64,000 nucleotides of DNA from contig CAVZJB010000003.1 in the NCBI GenBank assembly GCA_963775425.1, positions 640,001 to 704,000 on the forward strand, given 5' to 3'. The notes under the pieces were generated by a model. The model saw nothing but the letters and a program-made list of their open reading frames with translations, was not told where the DNA came from and ran no database searches. This DNA comes from an uncultured delta proteobacterium (GTDB lineage: Bacteria > Myxococcota > UBA727 > VGSZ01). Each line of letters begins with the position of its first letter. The stretch's first letter is position 1. Below are positions 8,356 to 18,690 of the stretch, in pieces. The position numbers were made by a program, and so were the translations under genes.

Positions 8356-9123
8356 ATGGCTCGCGACACCGGTCCCATCCTGCTGACGACGGGGGAGTTC
8401 GAGCTCCTGACCACGCGCGACTTCGGCGCCGGTCCCATCGTGGTCCCCGCCTCGAGGGCCTCCTGGCTGCTCGTCGGGCTGGCCGTCGCCGTCGGCGCCG
8501 TCGCCTGCGCGGTGCTCGCGTTCGATCGCTCGGCCAAGGTCGACGACACGGTCCGGCTCGAGCTCGCCAACCACGCCGTCGAATACGAGCTGACGGCGGC
8601 CAACGCCGAGATCCGCGCCACCGACGAGCGCGTCAAGGAGCTCGAGGTGGACAGCGTCGCCCTCGCCCGCCTCCGTGCGGCCGACGCCGACCGCGTCGCG
8701 AGCGCCACGCGCCTCGAGCGCGCGTTCGGCCACGAATTCCGGCGGGAGATCCGCAACGGCGACGTGCGGGTGATGCGCGACGGCGCCCGGGTGACGGCGC
8801 GCTTGTACGACTGGGCCGTGGTCGACGAGGACGACGACGACGTCAGCGTCCGCGGCGTGGACCTCCTCATGCGCGCCGGCGAGGTGCTCGCCTCCGAGGA
8901 CGCCCGCGGCCGCGCCGTCGACATCGTCGCCTACACGGACGACCGGACCCAAGACCCGTGGGCCACGACGGCGGCGCGGGCGGCGTCGGTGGTGGCGTTC
9001 GTCGGCGAGAACACCGACCTGGATCCGGGCCGCCTGTCGGCGGTGGCGCGCGGGACGTCGGATCGCATCAGCAGAAACCGGGCCCGCAACCGCCGCGTCG
9101 AGCTCGTCGTCGACTTTGACTGA
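8356..9123 (+). CDS. OmpA/MotB-family membrane-anchored protein
   Basis: One TM segment, coiled coil, C-terminal RARNRRVELVV peptidoglycan-binding motif; GGAGG RBS. Confidence 0.75.
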   Translation: MARDTGPILLTTGEFELLTTRDFGAGPIVVPASRASWLLVGLAVAVGAVACAVLAFDRSAKVDDTVRLELANHAVEYELTAANAEIRATDERVKELEVDSVALARLRAADADRVASATRLERAFGHEFRREIRNGDVRVMRDGARVTARLYDWAVVDEDDDDVSVRGVDLLMRAGEVLASEDARGRAVDIVAYTDDRTQDPWATTAARAASVVAFVGENTDLDPGRLSAVARGTSDRISRNRARNRRVELVVDFD

Positions 9124-9903
9124 AAGTCTGACGAAAAAGGCTCGTAGCAGCACTCGGCGAAGCCGCCCACAAGGTGGCTCGCCGCGCGGAGTACGTGGGG
9201 CCCTGTACGGGTCCAGCCGTGGATCAGGCTTCTGGTGCTTGCGGCGATCGCCGGCCCCGCGCGGCCGAGGTGGCGGGATCACGGGCAGGATCCCGCGGCG
9301 ATCGAGCTCCTTGACGTCGTCGCGGTTGAAGTGGTTCGCGTCGGCGAGCACCACGGAAGGCGCGCGGCCGAGACGACGGACGACGTCGTCTTGCATAGGC
9401 AGGACGCTGCGCATGTCGCTGCCGACGTTCGTGACGCGCACGCCGACGATGGACCGCGGTCTTCTTCCCTACGACGCCGAGCTGGATGTTGTACGCAGGC
9501 CGGAAGCCGCCGTCGGCCATCTTCATCACGCGTGCGTCCTTGTCCGTCGTCGAGGCCCGCACCTCGCGACCGTCGCTCCCGGGCGGCAGCTTCTTGAGCG
9601 TCTTGATCGCGTCTCGACGCGCCGCTTGTAGTCACGCGCCTTCGCGGCGCGGGCCGCGTGCGCCGCGAAGGCGATCTCCGGATTGTCGGCATCGGCGAGC
9701 ACCGCATCTTGGCGCGCAAATGTCGCTGAGTTGCGAAGTGCTTGGGCGCTCGGAATCAGCGAAGGCTAGACAACGTCGCCACCGCCGGAGCTCCTTTCCG
9801 CTCCGCCGTGTGGCCGTAGCACCGTCCCCTTCCGGGTGGCTCGGATCAACGGTCCATCCCTCGCCGCCACTCGCGGCGCTCTCGATGACTTACGCGTCAG
9901 CCT
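9121..9903 (-). mobile_element. Internally deleted IS1182-family element, copy 1 (retains frameshifted central DDE region)
   Basis: Fragments RASTTDKDARVMKMADGGFRPAYNIQ and VLADANHF in different frames; ends AGTCTGACG / CGTCAGCCT form an imperfect inverted repeat; terminal blocks shared with copies at 29.6 and 38.3 kb. Confidence 0.85.
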
Positions 9904-9996
9904 CTGGGCGGACGAGCGCGCGTCGCGCGGCAGCGTGGCCGCGCTCCGGCGGGCCCCCGTGGCGCGCGCGCGCGCGCTCGTGAGACAACCCCCTCG

Positions 9997-10944
9997 GTGA
10001 CGGCGGCGATCGCTCCTCTGCTCGGCGGGCTGTTCCTCGTGCTCGCCGTGGGCGCGCTCCTGCGCTGGCGCGCGGGCATGGGAGCGCGCGAGGCGGACAC
10101 GCTCAACCGGCTGATCATCGACGTCACCATGCCGGCGCTCCTCGTGCACGTGTTGTCCACGCGCGACTTCGTGTGGCACGCGGGGCTCGCGCTCCTGGCG
10201 TCGACGGTGGGCCTCGTGGTGGCCGGCGCCCTCGGCTTCGTCGTCGCTCGGCTCGCGGGCGCCGACCGGCGCGCCCAGGGCGCGGCGCTCCTCACGAGCG
10301 CGTTTTCGAACACGGGCTTCCTCGGCTTCCCGCTCATCCTCGCGGTGTTTCATGGTGACGCCGCGGCGTCGTCCACCGCCCTCGTCGTCGACACCGTCGA
10401 CACCACGCTGCTGTTGTGGACCCTCGGCCTCGCCGTCGCCCAGAACCTCGGCGACGGCTCCCGCCGGGCCGGCGTCCGCGGGCACCTGATGGTCACGCTG
10501 CTGGCCTTCGCGCGGCCCATCACCGTCGCCCTCGCGCTCGGTCTCCTCCTGCGCGGGACGCACGTCGCGCTGCCAGGCTTCGTCGACGGCGCGCTGGCCT
10601 CCCTCGGCGCCTGCACCACGCCGCTCGTGTTCCTCGCGCTCGGCCTTCAGCTCGATCCGAAGGCCATCCGCGGCCGCGTGTCGCTCGTCGCCGGCGTCGC
10701 CGCCATCAAGCTCGCGGTGGCCCCGCTGGTGGCGCTCGCCGCCGTGCGCGTCCTGCACGTCGCGGAGCCGGCGGCGTCGGTGGCGGTGCTCGAGATCGGG
10801 ATGCCCTCGGCGATGGCGTCGGTGATCGTCGCGGCCCGCAGCGGCTGCGACCGCTCCCTCGCCGCCGGCGTCGCCACGCTCGCGACGGTGGCGTGCGTGG
10901 CGACGCTGCCGGCGCTCGGCTGGCTCCTCGACATAACGCGCTGA
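9997..10944 (+). CDS. AEC (auxin efflux carrier) family transporter
   Basis: About 10 TM helices; FSNTGFLGFP, LGACTTPLVFLALG and EIGMPSA motifs. Confidence 0.9.
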   Translation: MTAAIAPLLGGLFLVLAVGALLRWRAGMGAREADTLNRLIIDVTMPALLVHVLSTRDFVWHAGLALLASTVGLVVAGALGFVVARLAGADRRAQGAALLTSAFSNTGFLGFPLILAVFHGDAAASSTALVVDTVDTTLLLWTLGLAVAQNLGDGSRRAGVRGHLMVTLLAFARPITVALALGLLLRGTHVALPGFVDGALASLGACTTPLVFLALGLQLDPKAIRGRVSLVAGVAAIKLAVAPLVALAAVRVLHVAEPAASVAVLEIGMPSAMASVIVAARSGCDRSLAAGVATLATVACVATLPALGWLLDITR

Positions 10945-10969
10945 TCGCGCCTCGGGCATGGCCGTCGAG

Positions 10970-13297
10970 CTACAGCGACAGGACGAACGCCTCGAGGTCC
11001 GCGCGGGCTTCGGGCGACAGCGACATGGCGTCGCCGTGGCTTCGCCCCGAGTAGCGCTCGAGCACGGCGCGCACCGGGTCGTGGTCGGTGGCCTCGAGGT
11101 GGTCGCCGTCTTTGACGGAGAAGCCGGCGCTCGCGGACAACAGCATGGGCCAGACGTCCCACGCGCCCACCAGGGAGGGCGGCGTGCGCCGGTCGAACGA
11201 GGTGTTCTGCTGCTCGACGCGCAGGGGCAAGGCTTGCGGCGTGTCGAGCCTCATGAAGCGCCGGCGGGTCTTTTCGTCCTGATCGGTGGCGTACAGCGGC
11301 GCCGGGTGACAGCCCGCGCACCGGCCCTCGAAGATGCTCCGCCCCTTGTCCGGGTGGCCGGTGGCGCCGCCGTCGAGGGCGAGCGCGTCGACGAAGCCGC
11401 CGTCGCGCGCGCGAAAGGGGTTTCGCCACGTCGTCAACGAGCGCGCATACAGCGCCAGGCGCTTGACCTCGTCGGGAGACATCTTGGGGTTCTGGAAGCG
11501 GTTGTTGCTCCCCACGTAGCTCACCGTGTCCTCGAGCGTCGGGTGCGCCGGCGGGTTGAAGTACGGCGGCGTGTCGCGCGTGCCCCGCACCGTGGGCGAG
11601 CGCCAGATGCGCTCCATGCCGGTCTTGGTGAAGAACACCCCCTCGCTGCTGCCGTCATGGTGGCAGACGTCGCAGGACATGCCGGTGCGCCCGAGGTCGG
11701 CGTAGAAGATGACCTCGCCGAGGCGGCGGTCCTTTTGCACGAGCGGATCGAACAGCGGCCACGACCTCGTCACGGTGGGCTTGTCGCCGCTCACGTCGAG
11801 CGCGGTGACGCGCCCCGTGAAGCGCTCGAGCACGTAGAGGGTCTTTGCGTCGGCGGAGAGCGCGAGCGCCGCCGGCCCGGCGTGCACCTCGATCCCCGCG
11901 CGCCGCTCGACGTCGTCGCCGACCTTGGGCGGCGCCGCCTCGGCCGTGAAGTCGAGCCCGTCCTTGGCGAAGTCCGCCGCGGGCCGGAACGTGGGGAACC
12001 CCTCGGGCGGCGGCAGCGCCACCGCGCCGAGCCAGGCCTCGCGCGCCTTCTTGGCGTCCTTGTCCACGAGCGCGCGCGCGTCGACGACGTGGATGAGGCC
12101 CTCGGCGATGTCGGCGGCGTAGAGGCGCCCGCGCTTTTGGTCGAGGGCGAGCGCCTCGTCGACGCCGAAGTTGCGCGCGAGGTGACGCGTGTAGCGGAGC
12201 GTGGCGGGGTCGATGACGCCGACGCCGCCGGTGGGCGACACGCCCATGTGGTCCGGGTTCGGGCCCACGTTCGGCCCCGCGCTGGCCACGAACAAGCGCT
12301 TGGCCTTCGTGTCGTAGACGAGCGCGCGCACGCCCTTTCCGCCCATCACGTCCTTGGCCCACGGCTCGGTGTGCCCGCCGAGGAGCTCGACGCCCGGGCG
12401 CGGCGCGACGCCCCTGGACACCGCGCCATCCTTCTCGCTGACGAGCTGCACCTCGCCGTCGAGGACGGAGCCGATCGCGATCCTGTCGCCGGCGACGGCG
12501 ATGCCCTGCGGGTTCGGGCCCACGGGCACCCTCCACTTCACCGCGCCCGTCTTCAGGTCCACGGCCCACAGCGTGTCGCGCGCGTGCTCGCCGATGTAGG
12601 CGACGCCGTTGTCGACGACGACGGCGTGGGCGTACGCGGGCCCCGGCAGCGTGCGCACCGCGCGCCTGCCGTCGGTGCCCGGCCGGGCCGCGACCAGCTC
12701 GAGGGACGCCGCGTAGCGGTGCACCACCGCGACGTCGTCGCCCGCGGGCGCGAGGGCCCAGGGGCCGTCGCCGACCCGAACGCGGGCGACGGCCCCGCTT
12801 TGCAGGTCGAGCGCGAACAGCTCGTCGGTGGTGGGGGAGGCCGTGAAGGCGAAGCCGTCGACGACGACGAGGCCGGTGACGTCGACGAAGCCGGTGTCGT
12901 TCACCACCGTGAGCTCGACGGCGTCGCCGGCGGCGGCGCCCTTGTCGTCGACGAGCGAGAGCTCGGCCGTGGCCTCGGCGGCGGCGTCCGGCAGCTTGAG
13001 CCCGGCGGGCAGGAGCGCGTGCGCGTGGGTGGCGTCCTCGACGACGAGCGGCAGGTCGCGCTCGAACGGCGCGCCGAGGTGGAGCTTCAAGCCGGCACGC
13101 AGGCCGCGGCCGTACAAGAGCAGGGGCTCGTCGGTCTCGTTCGACGTCGAGCGCGGGCCGACGCCCGTGAGCGTGACGGCCGCCGGCGGCGGGCCTGCGT
13201 CGGGCGCGGCGCGCTTCGCCGGGTGGCAGCCCGCCCCCGCACCGATCGCGCCGGCGGTGGCGGCCGCGGCGACGAGGAGGACGGAACACGTTCGCAT
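10970..13297 (-). CDS. Lipoprotein with YncE/YVTN-type beta-propeller and C-terminal di-haem cytochrome c (peroxidase-like) domain
   Basis: Lipobox-like GAG|C; repeated VGDGPWAL/VGPNPQGIAV blades; CDVCH and CAGCH haem motifs; SPTVRGTRDTPPYF. Confidence 0.85.
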   Translation of the reverse strand: MRTCSVLLVAAAATAGAIGAGAGCHPAKRAAPDAGPPPAAVTLTGVGPRSTSNETDEPLLLYGRGLRAGLKLHLGAPFERDLPLVVEDATHAHALLPAGLKLPDAAAEATAELSLVDDKGAAAGDAVELTVVNDTGFVDVTGLVVVDGFAFTASPTTDELFALDLQSGAVARVRVGDGPWALAPAGDDVAVVHRYAASLELVAARPGTDGRRAVRTLPGPAYAHAVVVDNGVAYIGEHARDTLWAVDLKTGAVKWRVPVGPNPQGIAVAGDRIAIGSVLDGEVQLVSEKDGAVSRGVAPRPGVELLGGHTEPWAKDVMGGKGVRALVYDTKAKRLFVASAGPNVGPNPDHMGVSPTGGVGVIDPATLRYTRHLARNFGVDEALALDQKRGRLYAADIAEGLIHVVDARALVDKDAKKAREAWLGAVALPPPEGFPTFRPAADFAKDGLDFTAEAAPPKVGDDVERRAGIEVHAGPAALALSADAKTLYVLERFTGRVTALDVSGDKPTVTRSWPLFDPLVQKDRRLGEVIFYADLGRTGMSCDVCHHDGSSEGVFFTKTGMERIWRSPTVRGTRDTPPYFNPPAHPTLEDTVSYVGSNNRFQNPKMSPDEVKRLALYARSLTTWRNPFRARDGGFVDALALDGGATGHPDKGRSIFEGRCAGCHPAPLYATDQDEKTRRRFMRLDTPQALPLRVEQQNTSFDRRTPPSLVGAWDVWPMLLSASAGFSVKDGDHLEATDHDPVRAVLERYSGRSHGDAMSLSPEARADLEAFVLSL

Positions 13298-13374
13298 CGG
13301 GGACAAGCTCATGCGCACGAGGCTACCCGAGGGCGGGTTGCGGATTCGAGGGGCGATGCCCCACACTCGGCGGC

Positions 13375-13944
13375 ATGTCCGCATTCGACAGGCGAAGCGT
13401 TCTCATCGGCGGCGGCGCCACTCTCCTCGGCGGCGCGCTCGCTGCGTGTCCGAAGAAGCCCGAGCACGGCGGAGAAGCCGGCGACGAGCACCCGGAGAAG
13501 CACCCGCGCGGCGGCATGACGGCCGCCGAGGTCATCCCCATCCTCACGGCGTTCGCCGACCGCCTCATCCCCCACGACGAGCTCGGCCCGGGCGTGAAGG
13601 AGGCGGGCATGGACACGTACCTCGAGCGCACCCTGGCGGACCCGCGCATGAAGGCCATCAAGTCGCTGGTCACGCGCGGCGCCGTGTTCCTCCAGAAGGC
13701 CGCGCGCACCGAGCACCAAAAGCCCTTCGCCGCGCTCGCCGACGCCGACAAGGACGAGCTCATCAAGCGCATGGCGGGCAACGAGGTGCGCCCCAACGGC
13801 TTCTCCGCGGACGCGTTCGTGCGCGTCATGCTCGCCCTCTCGCTCGAGGGGTTCCTCGGAGACCCGCGCCACGGCGGCAACAAGGGGCACGTCGGCTGGG
13901 ACTTCGTCGGCGGCATCGACTGGATGGGGAGGAAGAAGGCGTGA
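13375..13944 (+). CDS. Gluconate 2-dehydrogenase subunit 3 family protein (Tat lipoprotein)
   Basis: DRRSVL twin-arginine signal, LAA|C, RLIP..DELGPG, EGFLGDPRHGGN...GW. Confidence 0.9.
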   Translation: MSAFDRRSVLIGGGATLLGGALAACPKKPEHGGEAGDEHPEKHPRGGMTAAEVIPILTAFADRLIPHDELGPGVKEAGMDTYLERTLADPRMKAIKSLVTRGAVFLQKAARTEHQKPFAALADADKDELIKRMAGNEVRPNGFSADAFVRVMLALSLEGFLGDPRHGGNKGHVGWDFVGGIDWMGRKKA

Positions 13945-15554
13945 CCACCACCTACGACCTCATCGTGGTCGGCTCGGGCGCCGGCGGCGCTCCCGTCGCG
14001 CAGCGCTGCGCGGCGGCGGGCATGAAGGTGCTCATCCTCGAGCGCGGCAAGAAGTACGTCCGCGACGACTTCGCGGACCGCGACGAGATCGAGTGGTGCC
14101 GCCGCGACCGCTTCTGGCCGAGCATCCTCACCGACCCGCACACCCGCCGCGGTGACGAGGGGCAGCACGCGCAGCGCACCACCGACGGCTGGACCAGCGT
14201 CATCCTCGGCGGCGGCACCGTGCACATGAGCGGCTTCTTCCTGCGCGCGCACCCCGACGACGCCAAGCAGGGCACGCGCCTCAAGGGCGAGCAGGCGCAC
14301 ACCGCCATCGATTGGGCCGTGCCCTTCGACGACGTCGAGAAGTACTACAAGGTGGCCGAGGACGAGATGGGCGTGTCCGGCGTGCCGGGCAGCAAGCTCG
14401 CCCCGCTCGGCGAGCACCCCATCACCAAGCAGGCGGAGGCGGCGGCCAAGAAGCTCGGCGTGCCCATCATTCGCACGCCGCGCGCCATCCTCACCGAGAA
14501 CCGCCCCGACGAGGACCGCAAGGCGTGCATGTACCACCTGGTCTGCGCCTCGTACGGCTGCCCCAACGACGCCAAGGGCTCGATGCTGAGCACGTACCTG
14601 CGGCGCGGCGAAAAGACCGGGCACCTCACCGTTCGCACCGAAGCGCTCGTGAAGAAGCTCGTGAAGAGCGGGGACCGCGTGACGGGCGTGGTCGTGAAGG
14701 ACCTGCGCACGGGCGTCGAGGACACCATCAACGCCGGCACCGTGGTGGTGGCGTGCAGCGCCGTCGAGAGCGCGCGCCTGCTGCTGTTGTCCGGCGACGG
14801 CTTCAACCCGGGGGGCAACGTCGGCAAGCACCTGTGGTTCTCGCTCTACGTCGACGTCAACGGCTTCTTCAAGAAGGAGAAGTTCCCCGAGGTGATGGCC
14901 GGCAGCCCGTTCATCCACCGCACGCTCAACTACGGCGGCGCGGTGCCCAAGGCCGAGCAGGCGGCGCTCGGCGTCGATCGCACGGGCACGATGGACCTGC
15001 TCTGGCAGCACGACAACCCCATCCATCGGGCGGAGCGCATCGCGACGGAGCACGGCATCTTCTGGGGCACCCGGCTCAAGAAGGCGATCAAGGAGCAGTT
15101 CACGCAGGGGCGCACCATCCTGTGCGAAGGCTTCGGCGAGTCGCTGCCGCACAAGGGCTCGTACGTGGACCTCGATCCCGACACCCGCGATCAACACGGC
15201 CTGCCGGTATCGCGCATTACGCACTGGCACCACCCGCGCGATCAGAAGGTGGCGGAGGCCATGCAGAAGCTCGGGACCAACGTCTTGAAGGAGATGGGCG
15301 CCGACGACGTCCGCGTCCGCGTCGGTCTCGGCGAGACCGTGATCCTGCAAGGTGGCACGTGCCGCTTCGGCAACGACGCCAAGGACAGCGTCACGGACCC
15401 CACGGGCCGGGTTCACGGCTTCAAGAACCTCTACGTCAGCGACGGCGCGAGCATCCCCTCGAGCCTCACGTGCCCGGTGACCCTGACCATCGTCGCCAAC
15501 GCCCTGCGCATCGGCGACGGCATCGTCAAGGACGCAGGCGTCAAGAAGGGCTGA
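13941..15554 (+). CDS. GMC-family FAD oxidoreductase
   Basis: IVVGSGAGG dinucleotide motif, LGGGTVH, CMYHLVCASYGC Cys cluster, GGTCRFG, NLYVSDGAS; GTGA overlap with the upstream gene. Confidence 0.92.
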   Translation: MTTTYDLIVVGSGAGGAPVAQRCAAAGMKVLILERGKKYVRDDFADRDEIEWCRRDRFWPSILTDPHTRRGDEGQHAQRTTDGWTSVILGGGTVHMSGFFLRAHPDDAKQGTRLKGEQAHTAIDWAVPFDDVEKYYKVAEDEMGVSGVPGSKLAPLGEHPITKQAEAAAKKLGVPIIRTPRAILTENRPDEDRKACMYHLVCASYGCPNDAKGSMLSTYLRRGEKTGHLTVRTEALVKKLVKSGDRVTGVVVKDLRTGVEDTINAGTVVVACSAVESARLLLLSGDGFNPGGNVGKHLWFSLYVDVNGFFKKEKFPEVMAGSPFIHRTLNYGGAVPKAEQAALGVDRTGTMDLLWQHDNPIHRAERIATEHGIFWGTRLKKAIKEQFTQGRTILCEGFGESLPHKGSYVDLDPDTRDQHGLPVSRITHWHHPRDQKVAEAMQKLGTNVLKEMGADDVRVRVGLGETVILQGGTCRFGNDAKDSVTDPTGRVHGFKNLYVSDGASIPSSLTCPVTLTIVANALRIGDGIVKDAGVKKG

Positions 15555-15633
15555 ATCCCCGGGACAACGCGCGCCCCCGGACGGGAGCGGCGAGGGCGGG
15601 GACAGCGCGGCGATCGTTTGCTACACCGCGTTC

Positions 15634-16815
15634 GTGCTCCGGCCGCTGACCCGCTTGCGCCTCCTGCTCCCTCCGGGCCGCGACGCCGACGTGCGCACGC
15701 CGTCCACGGTGGAGACGATCGCGGGGCGCATCGCCGACGCGCTCGCCGTCCACGGGGTGCAGGTGCGGCAGCAGGTCCGCGGCGCGCCCTTCGACGGCGC
15801 CCCCCGCGCCGACGTCGCGCTGTGGTTCCCCGACGAGACCGGCGCCGTCCCCGCGCCCGATCCCCGCGCGGCGCCGGCGCGCGTGCACGCCGCGCTCGTC
15901 GTCGAGCCCAGCGCAGGCGGAAAGAACCTCTCCCGCTACGACGCCCTCGTCGTCCCCCACCCGTCGCTGCGCGATCCCGTGCGCGCGGCGCAGAAGAAGG
16001 CTGCGCACGCCGGCCGCGAGATCCCCGTCGTCGTGGCGCGGCTCGCCGGCGCGCCGCCCGCCGCCCGCGAGGCCGAGAAGGCGCTGCGCGGCGTCGCCGG
16101 CCGCCTCGTGGTCGTCGTCGACGTGCGGGGCAAGGAGGGGGGCGCTCGAGGCTCCGGCCTCGACTTCGAAGCCGACATCGAGCGCGTCGTCGTGCAGCTC
16201 GCGCTCCAGGCGCAGGCCGCCGCCGTCGTCCTCCTCGCCCCGCACGAGGAGCGCGCCCGCGCGCGCGTCCGCGCCCTGTGCGCGCGCCACGGCGTGGACG
16301 CCTGGCTCGCCTCGGGCGCCGAAGCCTTCGCGCAGTCCGTCGGCGCCGCCGACCTCGTCGTCGGCTGCCCGGCCTGGCACGAGATCCTGCTCACCGCGCT
16401 CACGCGCACCGCGGTGTCGCTGCTGCCGTTCGAGGGCCCGCACGCGATCGTCGACGGCCTCCTCGCCGCCCGCGCCGTCGACGACGTCATGGGCGTGCTC
16501 CAGCTCGCCGCGGCGCTCGATCGCCGCCTCGCCGACCCCGGCGCGCTCGAGGCCAAGGGCATCGCGCTGCGCGAGGCGCTCTTTGGCGCCGACAAGGACC
16601 TGGCCGACGCCCTCGCCGCCCTCGAGCCGCTCCCGCAGGGCGCGCACCTGCAGAGCGCGTGGGAGCCCGTGGGCCCCCAGGCCGCGCAGCCGGGGCAGGG
16701 CGGCGGCCCCGTCGTCGACGCGCGCGACGCGGGCGCCCCCGCCGAGCCCTCGCGCGGCCAGAAGATCGAAGACGCGCTCGAGGCCCTCAAGGCGCGCATC
16801 GGGAAGGCCGAGTGA
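15634..16815 (+). CDS. Hypothetical protein, possibly a degenerate GT-B glycosyltransferase-like fold with C-terminal helix
   Basis: GC3-rich frame; AADLVVGCP motif; C-terminal IEDALEALKARI. Confidence 0.55.
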   Translation: MLRPLTRLRLLLPPGRDADVRTPSTVETIAGRIADALAVHGVQVRQQVRGAPFDGAPRADVALWFPDETGAVPAPDPRAAPARVHAALVVEPSAGGKNLSRYDALVVPHPSLRDPVRAAQKKAAHAGREIPVVVARLAGAPPAAREAEKALRGVAGRLVVVVDVRGKEGGARGSGLDFEADIERVVVQLALQAQAAAVVLLAPHEERARARVRALCARHGVDAWLASGAEAFAQSVGAADLVVGCPAWHEILLTALTRTAVSLLPFEGPHAIVDGLLAARAVDDVMGVLQLAAALDRRLADPGALEAKGIALREALFGADKDLADALAALEPLPQGAHLQSAWEPVGPQAAQPGQGGGPVVDARDAGAPAEPSRGQKIEDALEALKARIGKAE

Positions 16816-16822
16816 GCGCTCC

Positions 16823-17563
16823 GTGATCGATCTGCATTGCCACATCCACCCCGGCGTCGACGACGGCTGCCCCGACGAAGACGCCTCCATCGCGCTCGCC
16901 CGCGCGCTCGTCGACGCCGGCGTCACCACGGCGGCTTGCACGTCGCACGTGCGCCCCGACAAGGGCTGGATGAACGTCAAGGCGGGCGACGCCGCCCGCG
17001 TCGCCCACCTGCGCGACGTCCTCGCCGGCGCCGGCGTCCCCCTCGAGGTGGTGGGCGGCGCCGAGCACTACATGGACGCCGCGGTCTTCGGCGCCCTCGA
17101 CGGCCTCGCCGACCTGGCGGTGCCCTACGGCGCCTCGCGCTGGATGCTCGTCGAGACCCCGTACCTCGGCGAGCCGCCGAACCTCCTCGAGGTGCTCCAC
17201 GGCGTGCGCCGCCGCGGGTTCCGTGTGCTGCTCGCCCACGTCGAGCGCTTCCCGTACCTCTCGGACAAGCTCGACAACACGCGCCGCCTCGTCGACGCCG
17301 GGCTCGCCGTCCAGGTGAACCTCGGCTCGCTCGCCGGCGCGTACAACCACGCGCAGAAGAAGAACGCCGAGCGCCTCTTGAAGGAGGGGCTCGTCAGCGT
17401 GCTCGCGGGAGACTGCCACCGCGCCGAGGACGTCGACCGGAACATCGTGAAGGGCCTGGCCGCCGCCGCCAGGCTCGTGGGCGCCGACGTGGTGCAGCGG
17501 CTGACGGTGGAGAACCCGCGACACATCCTGGACGACGCCCCGCCCGAACGGATCCTGCCTTGA
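16823..17563 (+). CDS. PHP-family tyrosine-protein phosphatase (CpsB/YwqE-like)
   Basis: IDLHCHIHPGVDDG, TSH, LAHVER, GDCH, ENP motifs. Confidence 0.93.
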   Translation: MIDLHCHIHPGVDDGCPDEDASIALARALVDAGVTTAACTSHVRPDKGWMNVKAGDAARVAHLRDVLAGAGVPLEVVGGAEHYMDAAVFGALDGLADLAVPYGASRWMLVETPYLGEPPNLLEVLHGVRRRGFRVLLAHVERFPYLSDKLDNTRRLVDAGLAVQVNLGSLAGAYNHAQKKNAERLLKEGLVSVLAGDCHRAEDVDRNIVKGLAAAARLVGADVVQRLTVENPRHILDDAPPERILP

Positions 17564-18690
17564 GCGAGGACGCCGCCGCCCCCGCCGCGCGCCCCGGCAC
17601 CGTGGCCAACCTGGTGAAGCTCTTCGTGAGCCTCGCCGTCGGCGGCGTGTGCCTGGTGCTGGCCTTCCGCGGCATCGCCTCCACCGACGAGCAGACCGGC
17701 GTCCCGTGGAAGGCGATCGGCGCGACCATGCGCGGCACCGCGTGGTGGGGGTACGTCGGGTGGACGCTCTTGCTCGCGGTGCAGATCCTCCTGCGCACCC
17801 AGCGCTGGCGCATCCAGGTGCGCGGCCTGACGGGCGCGATGCCGTCGGTGCGCGAGAGCCTCGCCATCAATTGCGTGAGCTTCGCGGCGGTGTTCCTGCT
17901 CCCCTTCCGGCTCGGCGAGCTCGTCCGGCCCAACATGGTCGCCGAGCGGAAGATCATGAGCCGCTCCGCGGGCCTCGCCGCCACCTTCCTCGAGCGCTCC
18001 ATCGACGGCATCGTCACCACGGGGTTCTTCGGCCTCGTCCTGGTGCTCATGGGCCACCGCGAGGTGCCGGAGGCGGTGCGGGTGGGCGGCTGGACGGCCG
18101 TCTGCGTCTTCGGCGGCGCCCTCACGTTCTTCTTCGTCGCATTTCGCTGGCGGGAGGGGACCGCGCGCGTGTTCGAGCGCGTCGTGGGCCTCGTCCACGG
18201 CGCGCTCGCGCGCAAGCTCGGGGCCCTGTTGCGCGGCTTCCTCGACGGGCTCGCCTGCTTCGAGAAGCCCGGCGACCTCGCAGGCTACGTGGCGTGCACC
18301 GTCGCGTATTGGTTCACCAACGGCCTCGGCATGCTGTTGCTCCTGCGCGCGATGCACATCGAGACCGAGGCGCTGGCGGCGTTCTTCACGCTCTGCTTCC
18401 TCGTCATCGGCGTGATGATCCCCGCGCCGCCGGGCAACGTCGGCAACTTCCACGCGTTCGCCCGCGCGGGCCTGGCGGTGTTCGCGGTGCCGCCGGCGGC
18501 GGCCATCGGCTACGCCATCCTGCTGCACCTGCTGACCGTGGGCGGCATCGTGCTCGCCGCCGCCGTGTTCTTCGTGAGCGGCGACGTGAGCCTCGCGCGC
18601 ATCCGCCGGGCGACGGCGGCGCCCCCGCCGGCGGGCCCGTCGCCGGTGGGCCCTGCGCCGGCGGGCCCTACGCCGGCGGGCCCTTCGTAA
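17560..18690 (+). CDS. Lysylphosphatidylglycerol synthase TM / flippase-like domain protein
   Basis: LLPFRLGELVR, ERSID, IPAPPGNVGNFH motifs; about 8 TM; TTGA overlap. Confidence 0.88.
   Translation: MSEDAAAPAARPGTVANLVKLFVSLAVGGVCLVLAFRGIASTDEQTGVPWKAIGATMRGTAWWGYVGWTLLLAVQILLRTQRWRIQVRGLTGAMPSVRESLAINCVSFAAVFLLPFRLGELVRPNMVAERKIMSRSAGLAATFLERSIDGIVTTGFFGLVLVLMGHREVPEAVRVGGWTAVCVFGGALTFFFVAFRWREGTARVFERVVGLVHGALARKLGALLRGFLDGLACFEKPGDLAGYVACTVAYWFTNGLGMLLLLRAMHIETEALAAFFTLCFLVIGVMIPAPPGNVGNFHAFARAGLAVFAVPPAAAIGYAILLHLLTVGGIVLAAAVFFVSGDVSLARIRRATAAPPPAGPSPVGPAPAGPTPAGPS

Noticed and set aside
9224-9719. Intact transposase gene
   Set aside because: Only frameshifted fragments; no full-length transposase in any of the three copies
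16823-18690. Capsule/EPS biosynthesis cluster
   Set aside because: No Wzc kinase, Wza, polymerase or clear glycosyltransferase alongside the phosphatase and flippase-like genes
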